From IMG/VR virus record IMGVR_UViG_3300025676_000013: DNA of 64,000 nucleotides; one strand, given 5' to 3'. The translations under genes and the position numbers were made by a program. Of this stretch, positions 38,372 through 47,900 are shown in pieces. The stretch is from a virus. A model generated the notes under the pieces. It made no database searches. It saw only the letters and a program-made list of their open reading frames with translations, and was not told the origin of the DNA. Each line of letters starts with the position of its first letter. Position 1 is the first letter of the stretch.

Positions 38372-41300
38372 CTATGTCAGTGTCAATACTCTCATCTCTC
38401 GTACTGCTGGTAAATAGCACGGATGAGTCGTATGTAATTCAATTTTAACTCTAAAATGGTCAAATTCGTGAGACACTTTCTTCAATGGAGTGAAGGTATG
38501 CTCAATAAATTCCATATTAGTTTGGATAGATGAGTTTGTAATCGTCACACCACTGTCTTTCATCTCCCTCCACGATACTGGTTCTTCTTCGATAACAGCA
38601 AGTCCGATAGGATAATCAGGATGTTCCGTTGGAACAATTGAATCAATCTCTAGTACAGGAACTTCTTGTTTAGAATATGTGCCATCAGCATTAATGACTT
38701 TCTCATAAAACTTTCTATTCAAATCATCATCCCAAACTCCGAACCAAACATCTCCAACATCATATAATGAGAGGTCTGTTCCAGCACCTTGACCAGATGT
38801 GGTTACGTCTGAAGTTGCTCCTGCCAAATCTTTTCGACTTATGAAACACGTTCTAATGATTGATTTCATATTTGAAATGTCAACTAGGTGCATCATCGTT
38901 AAGTTGGCTGGGTCGTCATCACCATCTACATATGCGGTAGAGACTTCAGCACTAACACCCTGTCCAGGATTCGCTATGACTCCGTTCCAGTTAGCAATAC
39001 CAGAGCCTTGGGCCGTGATAGTATTTTCAGGACTATTTGCTCCAGAAGGATAAATGTGTGCGTAATACTCTTCAAAATCATTCACGTTGTAATCACCGTG
39101 GGTGATGGTATTCGCATATGGTTGAGTAGTAATATATCTTGGAATAACTGTACCTGTATCGTAGTAAACTTTGACGTATGTATTAGGAACTTCTTGTACA
39201 CTAAGGAACATTTGCAAGTCACTAGCGAAATTCGCCAACTTGACATCCTTAGATTGATAGATTCCCATTTGATTCTTGACAGTTGGAGCCGTATCGTAAA
39301 TAATATTATTGACTAGAACTGTGCTTAATCTCTCTTTATTTAGTACAGGAGTAAGATTAGTATTATCGGTTTTAAATGTAGTATTGTATGATATTGGAGT
39401 ATATTGATAACCAGAAGCAATCGTATGACTACCGTCTAGAGATACAACATTTTCAAGTATGACATCTTCGTTATCTAAAACTCCACCATATATATTATTA
39501 ATATCTCCGTTAACAACACCCTCTATATCTAAACTCGTTCCCGAAAGAACAAGTGGTTGAAAATTGGGCATAAATGATGCCGCTAATTTAGTATCACCGT
39601 ATGGCTTCATATCAAGTTGGAGGTCGCCAGTAGGGGTAAAGGCACATTTATTCATATCGAATTTAATGTCTTTTAATTGCTCTGCGGTCCAAGTTGTGTT
39701 ATTCTGAGAAGTAAATAGGCTTCCAAGATATGGTTGTTCACTAATATATTTACCACTTAGCAAATCAACTTCTCCTAATTCAGAAATCCACATATTATAT
39801 TTTAGGGAATCCGATATCACAACAAAACAATACTCAGTCCCGTTCATTAGATAAATTGGGTCATCGAATTGGAATCGTGTGCTTACTGCTCCCGTTGTGG
39901 AAGTAGAAACATCTTCAGGATAAAGCATCTTAGATGCCATCGGCACAACCGTTGTAGTCGGATAACCATTTGACATTGTTCTAATTTCTACTCGAACAGG
40001 AGTCTCTTCGTCATCTTTTGACCAGAAGAATAAATCGATTGAGTCTACAAATACTCCACCATCTTCGTCTGCTACTAAGAATGATTCTGCTACTGGGTCA
40101 TACCACTCTGTTACATTTCTTGTTGTTCTACTTGTTCCAGATGTATCGCTTCTAGAAATTGTTCTGGTTTCACCTAATATAGCCCGAGTATCACTTATGG
40201 CTTCATCAACCCTGTAACTTTCTAGTGTAGATAGAATATCTCTCTGCCGTCTATCAAGAGTACCAGCAGATGTAAATACTCCTACTGCTTGTGTAGTCAT
40301 TAATTCTGGTGAAGTGAAATTGTCTTTCATTGCGAGTATCTTCATACCCGTTCTGATTCTAACTCCGTCTGCACCTTCTGAAGGAATCTGTAATACTGCG
40401 TTTCTTAGTCTACCAGCAGTATCAGTCCAAACAGCGTCACCCATTGCTCCTCCGTCTGGAGTAATATAAGCATCGACATTAATCTCATCAAATTCAAAGT
40501 GCATCTGAGTTGATGGACGTAATTTATCTACATCGATAGTTACAGGTACACTTCTCATCCAAGGAATAGCAGAACTGTCTACAAATCTATCACCGACTTG
40601 TGTGCGAATATCATTGATTTCCATATGAGACTTCGTACCAGTTCGTAATTGATTATTTGTTTGTTGTTGATTCTGGTCCCAAGTATCAACCTTTGTAATT
40701 TGTCTCCAAACAGTCCGTTGTCGAGTAGGTCGATTATTAATGGTTCCCGAGCCCCAATGCCTTCCAGTTTCAAATGCTCGTTCAGTAGTTCCACTGCCAC
40801 CACCAAAACTAAGATTACCACCAAAGGTGATTGTTTCCGCACCTTCACGAACATTCTGTCTTCCACCAACGTCTGCCCATCCAGACCATTGAGTCTGCCA
40901 AGCATTCCATCGAGTCTGTGTTCCAAAAGTTTCTACTTGTTGAGTTACAGCATTGTTATTTTCATTCTGAATAATAACATCTGGCATATAAAGTTCTTCA
41001 AACCAAGTATCAGATTGAGGAGTTAATGTACAGAATCCAACCCAAGATTTACGAGCAAATGGATTCAAGTTAATAACTTGTGACCCCATCGGCTGAGTAA
41101 TCCACGCTTCAATAACATCAAAGTCTAGAGTATATGTCAGATTATTTAATTTAACATTAGATTTTACACCACCTACCATATCCATACCATACATTTCGTA
41201 GGGTACAGTACATATTCCTGCTTCTGGATAAATAGCACAATAATATGCTTCATCGATAACATCACCAATACCGTGGTCAACAAACGGGTCAACTAAGATA

Positions 41301-43810
41301 CCATTTTTATATCTTAGTAATCCTGCCGTGTCAAGCACCTGCATATCGGCAGTAGTCTTTTCTAGAAGATTAAGTGCAGTGTAGTATTCTAAATTTTCAA
41401 GTCTATTTTCTATGCCACGAATATCTTGCATCGTAAATCTTTTATTCTTTACGTGAGATACATTAATATTCTTGTGGTTATATGTGTACGCTGGTACAAA
41501 TATATTATACAAGGTCATCTCATTCAATTCTTCAGTAGGAAGAACTGGTTCAGTAGAAGGGAAGCCTTGTTTAATCTGTATCTTTCCATCGTCATTAATT
41601 GTCAGTCTATCTTTTCGTGGGAGATAGAAATCATAAGATACTGAGATGTTAGAAGAAGGTAGTGGCAAATATGTGCCAACTGCGTAATCGTCATCCGATG
41701 CTCTAAAGTCCATCCCATCAGCGGAAGGGTGACTCAATCCTGTTGAGTCTCTATATCCAAAAATGTCATCATAAGTGATACCAGAATCTGTATAACTGTT
41801 TACACATCTATATTGAGCGGTTGTGATATTACCAAGAATATAATGTTTATATGTTACTGTATATGTGCCAGGTTGACTTGGGTTAACTGCATCGTTCCAA
41901 GTTAATAGTGCATCGTTCAAAGAAGTATCAGTATCACCAGTTGTGAAGGTAAATGATGAAGTTACATCCGTAGTATCAGGTGCGATAATAGAAACAATTT
42001 CTTCAACTGCGTGTGCAATTGTTAATGTGTCAGTAAGTGAAAGAACATAATCGGTTGATGTTGTAGATTTTGTCAATGCTCTCCAAGAAGCATTTGACAT
42101 ATACATATCTGCCATAATAGAGATATTATGTCCAGACAAATTCGTTGATGTGTTACCTGTGACTTGGTCTACTATTTCAATAAGTGCAGTTGTATTTCCT
42201 GTTAAGTCAGCCCTCCACGTATCACCAGAAGCGACAGTACCATATTGAGGTATAACTTGGTTTGTAAATTCGTCCCAGATATAAAGAACTCGTTCCCAGT
42301 GCATATCATTGAAAACTGCGGGTACTGAAGCAACTGCTCCAGATAAGATAGCGGTTAAATTCTTTTGTGTAGAGTATGTTACTTGTCCTAGAGATAGTGC
42401 AGAAGTAATTGAATGGACCTTATAAATCCAAGGATAATTAACACCCTTACTAACTGCGATACCAGTTGGACGAGAGATTTTTGCGTATACATCGGCATTC
42501 GTTTCAGAAACAATATATTGAGCGGGTGCGATAGCATCGAGGCCAGTATTGTTTTCTAGATAAATTCTGAATGCGTTGCCGTACTTTGTAACGTGTGTGA
42601 TACGTTTTCTTATTCCGATAGTATTAACTGGACTCGTTGCAGAAGTGTAACCCGTGTCAGTAACAAGGATAACATATTCTTTATTCACAACATTAAACAC
42701 GCCGTGCATATCATCAATAGATGCTACTTCAAAGTATGGTCCAAATTCAGGATTGATATGGTCATTCGCTACGTGGCGAGTTGTTCTTGCCCTATCTGCT
42801 TCTACAGTTAGAGGAACTAAGAGTTCGTGTTCATATCCATTAATGTATGCTTTAGATGGGTCAACTTTAATAGAATACTTATCAACCGTACTTCCCGTTT
42901 TAAATTCAATTGGGAATGGATTAATAGTATAGTTGCCAGACTCATCGAATGTTCGTTGAGCCATTTCATTACTAAGAAGTGAATAGTCAGTAGCCTCATA
43001 CTTAGTAGTAATGATGCCATTCGTGACATCCATCATCCACAACCACTTATTAGATTCAGCGGAGTTGGCCTCTGCAATCAATGTAAGAGAAATTTGATAT
43101 CTATCTCCACCTGGTGCATTCTGATTATAGAAACCAGAAGCAGGGTCAAGCAATCTTGGGTCAGTCGTTGATGCTACAATAGTTTCTTCAATATCGAATC
43201 CAACTTTTAATGTTGGTGTTGCAGAAATTGGGTCTAAGAAAATAGTTTGTGCTAGAATAGGAGTGAAGAAATTATCTAGCCAATAAACACCGTTATCAAC
43301 TCTTGCTTCTAGTCCTTGTCCTGTTCCTACGATGACGCCTGCTTTATATATTTGAGTCGCATCGTACCAATTGTTATCAGCACATTCACCGTTTACATCA
43401 AAGCCGCCTTCACAAACAGTATCGTAACTTAATAGATTTTCGTTTGCTTGAAATTGTCCAGAAAGTATTCTGTAGTAATAGATAGGTTGCGTTTCATCAT
43501 CGTGAAGTTGAGTAATTTCTGCAACTGCATTAGATGTTTCACCATAAACAATACGATTCAACCAAGAGGTATCAACCACAGCAAGTTGCATCCATTCTCT
43601 TTTAGCAACACTAACTTCTCCGCCTACAACGGCAGAGCCATTCTTCCATATATGATTCGCAGAAGCGGACATTTGATTCTGAAGAATAGATTGTATTTGA
43701 GTTAATTCTCTGGCCTGAACTGCTCGACCAGGATTAAACAGAATCTTTAAAAATTTGTCATCCGCATTATAGTCATCATAATATGGAGATGTGTTGAAGT
43801 TATATGCCAT
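38372..43810 (-). CDS. DUF4815/VrlC-like large virion structural protein (1812 aa)
   Basis: NTSPYYDDY...LFNPGRAVQARELTQIQSILQNQ, APGGDRYQI, RTFDESGNY, FTMQDIRGIENRLENLEYYTALNLLE, KNGILVDPF, DPVAESF; follows gp8. Confidence 0.85.
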   Translation of the reverse strand: MAYNFNTSPYYDDYNADDKFLKILFNPGRAVQARELTQIQSILQNQMSASANHIWKNGSAVVGGEVSVAKREWMQLAVVDTSWLNRIVYGETSNAVAEITQLHDDETQPIYYYRILSGQFQANENLLSYDTVCEGGFDVNGECADNNWYDATQIYKAGVIVGTGQGLEARVDNGVYWLDNFFTPILAQTIFLDPISATPTLKVGFDIEETIVASTTDPRLLDPASGFYNQNAPGGDRYQISLTLIAEANSAESNKWLWMMDVTNGIITTKYEATDYSLLSNEMAQRTFDESGNYTINPFPIEFKTGSTVDKYSIKVDPSKAYINGYEHELLVPLTVEADRARTTRHVANDHINPEFGPYFEVASIDDMHGVFNVVNKEYVILVTDTGYTSATSPVNTIGIRKRITHVTKYGNAFRIYLENNTGLDAIAPAQYIVSETNADVYAKISRPTGIAVSKGVNYPWIYKVHSITSALSLGQVTYSTQKNLTAILSGAVASVPAVFNDMHWERVLYIWDEFTNQVIPQYGTVASGDTWRADLTGNTTALIEIVDQVTGNTSTNLSGHNISIMADMYMSNASWRALTKSTTSTDYVLSLTDTLTIAHAVEEIVSIIAPDTTDVTSSFTFTTGDTDTSLNDALLTWNDAVNPSQPGTYTVTYKHYILGNITTAQYRCVNSYTDSGITYDDIFGYRDSTGLSHPSADGMDFRASDDDYAVGTYLPLPSSNISVSYDFYLPRKDRLTINDDGKIQIKQGFPSTEPVLPTEELNEMTLYNIFVPAYTYNHKNINVSHVKNKRFTMQDIRGIENRLENLEYYTALNLLEKTTADMQVLDTAGLLRYKNGILVDPFVDHGIGDVIDEAYYCAIYPEAGICTVPYEMYGMDMVGGVKSNVKLNNLTYTLDFDVIEAWITQPMGSQVINLNPFARKSWVGFCTLTPQSDTWFEELYMPDVIIQNENNNAVTQQVETFGTQTRWNAWQTQWSGWADVGGRQNVREGAETITFGGNLSFGGGSGTTERAFETGRHWGSGTINNRPTRQRTVWRQITKVDTWDQNQQQTNNQLRTGTKSHMEINDIRTQVGDRFVDSSAIPWMRSVPVTIDVDKLRPSTQMHFEFDEINVDAYITPDGGAMGDAVWTDTAGRLRNAVLQIPSEGADGVRIRTGMKILAMKDNFTSPELMTTQAVGVFTSAGTLDRRQRDILSTLESYRVDEAISDTRAILGETRTISRSDTSGTSRTTRNVTEWYDPVAESFLVADEDGGVFVDSIDLFFWSKDDEETPVRVEIRTMSNGYPTTTVVPMASKMLYPEDVSTSTTGAVSTRFQFDDPIYLMNGTEYCFVVISDSLKYNMWISELGEVDLLSGKYISEQPYLGSLFTSQNNTTWTAEQLKDIKFDMNKCAFTPTGDLQLDMKPYGDTKLAASFMPNFQPLVLSGTSLDIEGVVNGDINNIYGGVLDNEDVILENVVSLDGSHTIASGYQYTPISYNTTFKTDNTNLTPVLNKERLSTVLVNNIIYDTAPTVKNQMGIYQSKDVKLANFASDLQMFLSVQEVPNTYVKVYYDTGTVIPRYITTQPYANTITHGDYNVNDFEEYYAHIYPSGANSPENTITAQGSGIANWNGVIANPGQGVSAEVSTAYVDGDDDPANLTMMHLVDISNMKSIIRTCFISRKDLAGATSDVTTSGQGAGTDLSLYDVGDVWFGVWDDDLNRKFYEKVINADGTYSKQEVPVLEIDSIVPTEHPDYPIGLAVIEEEPVSWREMKDSGVTITNSSIQTNMEFIEHTFTPLKKVSHEFDHFRVKIELHTTHPCYLPAVREMRVLTLT

Positions 43811-43845
43811 TCGCTATTATCCTAAATATGTTCCTATCATCTTTA

Positions 43846-43877
43846 ATGTTCCCTCCCCACTTTTGGAGAGAGAACAT
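43846..43877 (-). promoter_or_regulatory. Intergenic stem-loop without U-tract (gp8 to DUF4815)
   Basis: ATGTTCTCTCTCC...GGAGGGAACAT inverted repeat; may act in mRNA processing or stability. Confidence 0.4.
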
Positions 43878-43898
43878 ATATAACATCCTAAAGTATTC

Positions 43899-44909
43899 TT
43901 AGAATTCTACTACGAGTTTCAAATCCTCAATCTGGTCAGATGCACGAGTAATAGCACGCCTGTTCTCAAGATAAATCAACTGTCCACTATCGCTTTCTAA
44001 ACTTACGTCTGCATCAGCATATACGGATGCTTGGGCTTTCGTTCCGCCACCAGCAAGTTCTGGATTACGCAAGAGTCCGATTTGTCGAAAGTCATCGTTC
44101 TCTGGGAATCCGTCTGAAGTCTCAAGTCTAACGTGAATCAATCCGTGGTGAGTTTTCGCTGTAAATATAGAATCTACATCACCGAAATCGGCCTGCTCAG
44201 ACCCTGCAAGAACTCCTGTACCTGAAATAACTGGCATCCAGTCATTGGTAGTAGAGTTAATAATGTCGTTCAATTCTAGTTTATATAAGAATGTCCACGT
44301 ATAGTTGTCAGATGTAGTAATCGCTTGAGCAACTAGTCCAGCGGCATCTCCAGTAAAGCCAGTTGGCTCTTCAGAAGCACCAGTAGGTAACCAAAGTCCA
44401 CCTAAAGTACCTTCACAAGTTGTTCGTGAAACAGCAGTTCCGCCATCAAAGACTCCACCAATATAGCATTTTCCGCCAGATGGTTCGCCTGTACACATAT
44501 AAACTCGATATTCAGAATTCATCACAATACTGTGACTTCCGATTTTTGAAACAAAAGAACGGCCAGGTTCATCAATTCCTGTGATGCCGTTTGCGGCATC
44601 TCCGTCAAATGCGATAGTATCACCTGTTTCCCAGTTAATACGTGGAAGCACGGGTGAGATATCATCATTCTGAATTCGCTTGGTACCAACAATGTCAGTC
44701 CAATATTGTGATTCATCCTCATCAAGAGGGTCAGGTAGAGTAAAGTTACCTGAACTTTCGTCATTTCCTTGAGCATCATTAGGCCAAGCGTCATTTCGCC
44801 CAAACCCTAGATACAGGAAGTTGTCGTCAACAGAACCAGTAGTTTTGAACTGGTCGATGAAAACCATCAAGTTCTGTGTTCTGAATTTACTGGTTACAAT
44901 TGCACCCAT
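43899..44909 (-). CDS. gp8: Baseplate wedge protein, T4 gp8-like
   Basis: AIVTSKFR, YLGFGRNDAWP, VLPRINWETG, VMNSEYRVYMC, DNYTWTFLY, SGQLIYLENRRAITRASDQIEDLKLVVEF. Confidence 0.92.
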   Translation of the reverse strand: MGAIVTSKFRTQNLMVFIDQFKTTGSVDDNFLYLGFGRNDAWPNDAQGNDESSGNFTLPDPLDEDESQYWTDIVGTKRIQNDDISPVLPRINWETGDTIAFDGDAANGITGIDEPGRSFVSKIGSHSIVMNSEYRVYMCTGEPSGGKCYIGGVFDGGTAVSRTTCEGTLGGLWLPTGASEEPTGFTGDAAGLVAQAITTSDNYTWTFLYKLELNDIINSTTNDWMPVISGTGVLAGSEQADFGDVDSIFTAKTHHGLIHVRLETSDGFPENDDFRQIGLLRNPELAGGGTKAQASVYADADVSLESDSGQLIYLENRRAITRASDQIEDLKLVVEF

Positions 44910-44963
44910 TTTACTAACTCCTTAAATTATTATGTTCTGCTATCATTTGATATTTATCAGAAC

Positions 44964-44971
44964 TATTTATA
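44964..44971 (-). promoter_or_regulatory. Late promoter for gp8
   Basis: TATAAATA on the minus strand; a second GATAAATA at 44951-44958. Confidence 0.8.
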
Positions 44972-44999
44972 CGTTTGTTTAATTAAAATATTCACAACT

Positions 45000-47900
45000 T
45001 TATGCCGGTACTGGCCATACGTTGCTATCGTCTACAGTAGTAGAGTGGACGTGGTCGCCTGCTCCAGAGCCCTGTGTGTTTTGTGACCACTGACCACCAA
45101 TTGGAACACTTCCCAAATATGATATTGTATCGTGGTTGTCATAGTCACTTGTTTGTGATATAATGTTATAAGTAGAACCATTCCACTCTAATACTAATTC
45201 GTGAGTGTATACGGCCGCGTGTGTACTATCTCTCTGTGGTGTAGTTACATAAGTTCCACCAATCAAGGATGTATAATCTGCAACACTTATCCAGTAATCG
45301 TGGTCGTGGAATCCACCAGTTAGAGAGAATTTATGCACATATGTAGATGTTCCTGGTATAATATCCCATTGTGAAATACCAGCAACTACAAATGTTCCCT
45401 TTGCTCCCATATTGGGATTAAATTTTATCGTATATCCGTGATAGTGGGAACTGGCTCCGTTTGGAGAATCAAAGAATATAATACCATAGTTGGCATTCTG
45501 AGCATTAATCAAATCATTTGCTTGTGCCAAAGTAATTGGTTCACACGTTCTTCCGACATTAACTCCCGCTGAATCCAAAGAGCATCCATCATAAAGCAGG
45601 TGGTCGTGACTTCCGATACCAGCAATAAACGATGGTTGCATCTGAACAATGGGCGGGTTGTTTGCCTGAAGGACATTATTTACATAAGTTTTTCTTTCCG
45701 TTAAGTCTTCCACTTCGGAAGTTGTTTGACTTGTCGTAACTTCAGACGTAATAACTGGGTCACCAACCGATGTTTCAGTACCATAATCTGAATAGTATAT
45801 AATATCAGTCGTGGTCGTTGTAATCTGGACCGTTGACGTTGTTGTCGTTGTGATTAAATCACTATATGTTACGATAATAGTTGTATCACCAGTCGCAGGC
45901 GTATCTGGATACGTTGTTGTGACTGGTAGTAATTCGGTTGAAGCCTGCGTAACAACAACACTCGGTGCCGCAGAAAGAACTTCATCAGTTGATGTAGTCT
46001 TCGTTATATATATGCTACCACCAGTTTGCTGTGGTATTGCAACTAGATTTGGATTCCAGTCAATTGTCAAGTTATGCCAGTGAAGTCCTTCAGCCGCATT
46101 CTCAACTACAGATACATAATATTTAGTAGGGTCTTGAAGTGAATCTTCAATGCCACCTTTAATCCAAGTCACTGACCAATCAGCATAGAATATATTATAA
46201 TTAGTATCCCATTTAATTCTGTACTCGTGAAAGTGAGCACCCTCAATTGAATCGTAAATAGTAACACTATCTACAACACCATCAATCAGTTGCATACCTT
46301 GGTCAATCGTCATTCCGTGAGCGTAAGAAATCTGTCCAGTCAAAGCCCCTTCTGCAAATGGTCCCACAACTGTATCATTATGAAAGTGAGGGTGAGAACC
46401 ACCTGGATAAGGATATCCAGGAGAAGCAAATGTCGGTAGAATTTCCATCATCTCATTATAACCTGGTCGTGAAAACAGATTAGAGATGTTCGTTGGATGT
46501 GCGTGTGACCTTGGGTCTGCGGAATAGAATTGATGTCCGTCAGATGATTCCCATTTCTCAGTATCTAACGCAACGAAACTTAATGTATTTGGGTCGTATG
46601 TAATTGTGATTCCGTGATAATGGTCTCCGCCTGAGATAGATGTATATGTTTTTACTTCAGTCACTTCACCATTAATCAAATCAGTTGCTTGATTATCATC
46701 TAATGGTAATGCTTGTCTGCCAGTGTGTGTTCCGAGAGTGTCTAATGTTGTTCCGTTAAATGCGTGTAGATGGTCTGGTTCAGAGCCTTCTAATTTATGC
46801 CAATCGTGTGCATTTGATAATGTAACATCAGGAGCAGTATACAATGGTGTACCATTCCAACCAAGATGGGTCGTTATACCATTAACTAAAAGGGTATGCT
46901 CGTGAGTTCGTAGATGTGTATCTACTGCTTCCCATTCTCCAGTACCGTTTTCATCCCACATCTCAGCCATTTCGTCTGCAACAAATTGTTGCGTAGAAAG
47001 ATTCCACATAATTTTATATACGTGATAATGTTGATGCTGGCCAGAATCTTCAATAGAAGAATAAACATAAAATGCGTTTACTACTCCATTAGCAAGTTCT
47101 TCTGCTTGTATTCTCGTAATCGGTACAGCCGTTCTACCATCATTAGCACCAAATGTATCTAGTGTCTCACTATTGAAATAGTGGATGTGAGCGTTCTCGC
47201 CATATTCGTTTGCTCCAAGTATCTCTACTACGGGAGCAGTCTCAATATAAAATGTTCCGTCATCATCGTCATCATCGACAGCAAGATAAGGCGTATCAGA
47301 GCCTGTGTCGTATGGTTCCCAAACTAGAGTTAGAGGATTCAAATGCCATCCAGCAGATGAACCAAGAAGAATATTTTCATCTACTATTCCAGTCCACGAA
47401 GTAATTACAGGATGCAAGTGAGAGACAGGAGTATTATAAGTCCATATAGGGAAGAAAGCATCCCAGTCAGTCATTTCAATATCAGATATCTCAGTTGCAG
47501 AGAATAATTCTGTGTTAATGTCGTATACTACTTTATATCCGTGAACGTGAGCCGTTTCAGAAGCAGGGATTTGTGAAGATGCACCCGTTTCTGTAGAGGA
47601 ATCATATGTATCAGTTAGTTTGTATATATCACAATTCTGTGGGCCAGTTCCTTGATAACTATCAATACCAATTCTTGTAGCCATATAAAGTTCGCCATTA
47701 GTGTCTTCACCTAATGTCAATATAGATTGGTCGTGAGTTGTTAAGTTCAATACAGATGTTGCAGGGTCCCAGAAAGATAAATTCTTTCTTGTATATCCTA
47801 CATCGCCATTGTATTCGATAAATGTGAATACATCGTGGTTCTCCATATTCGTTTGTGCTATCAGATTCCAAGTATTGAAAGCCGCATTCCATATAATGGA

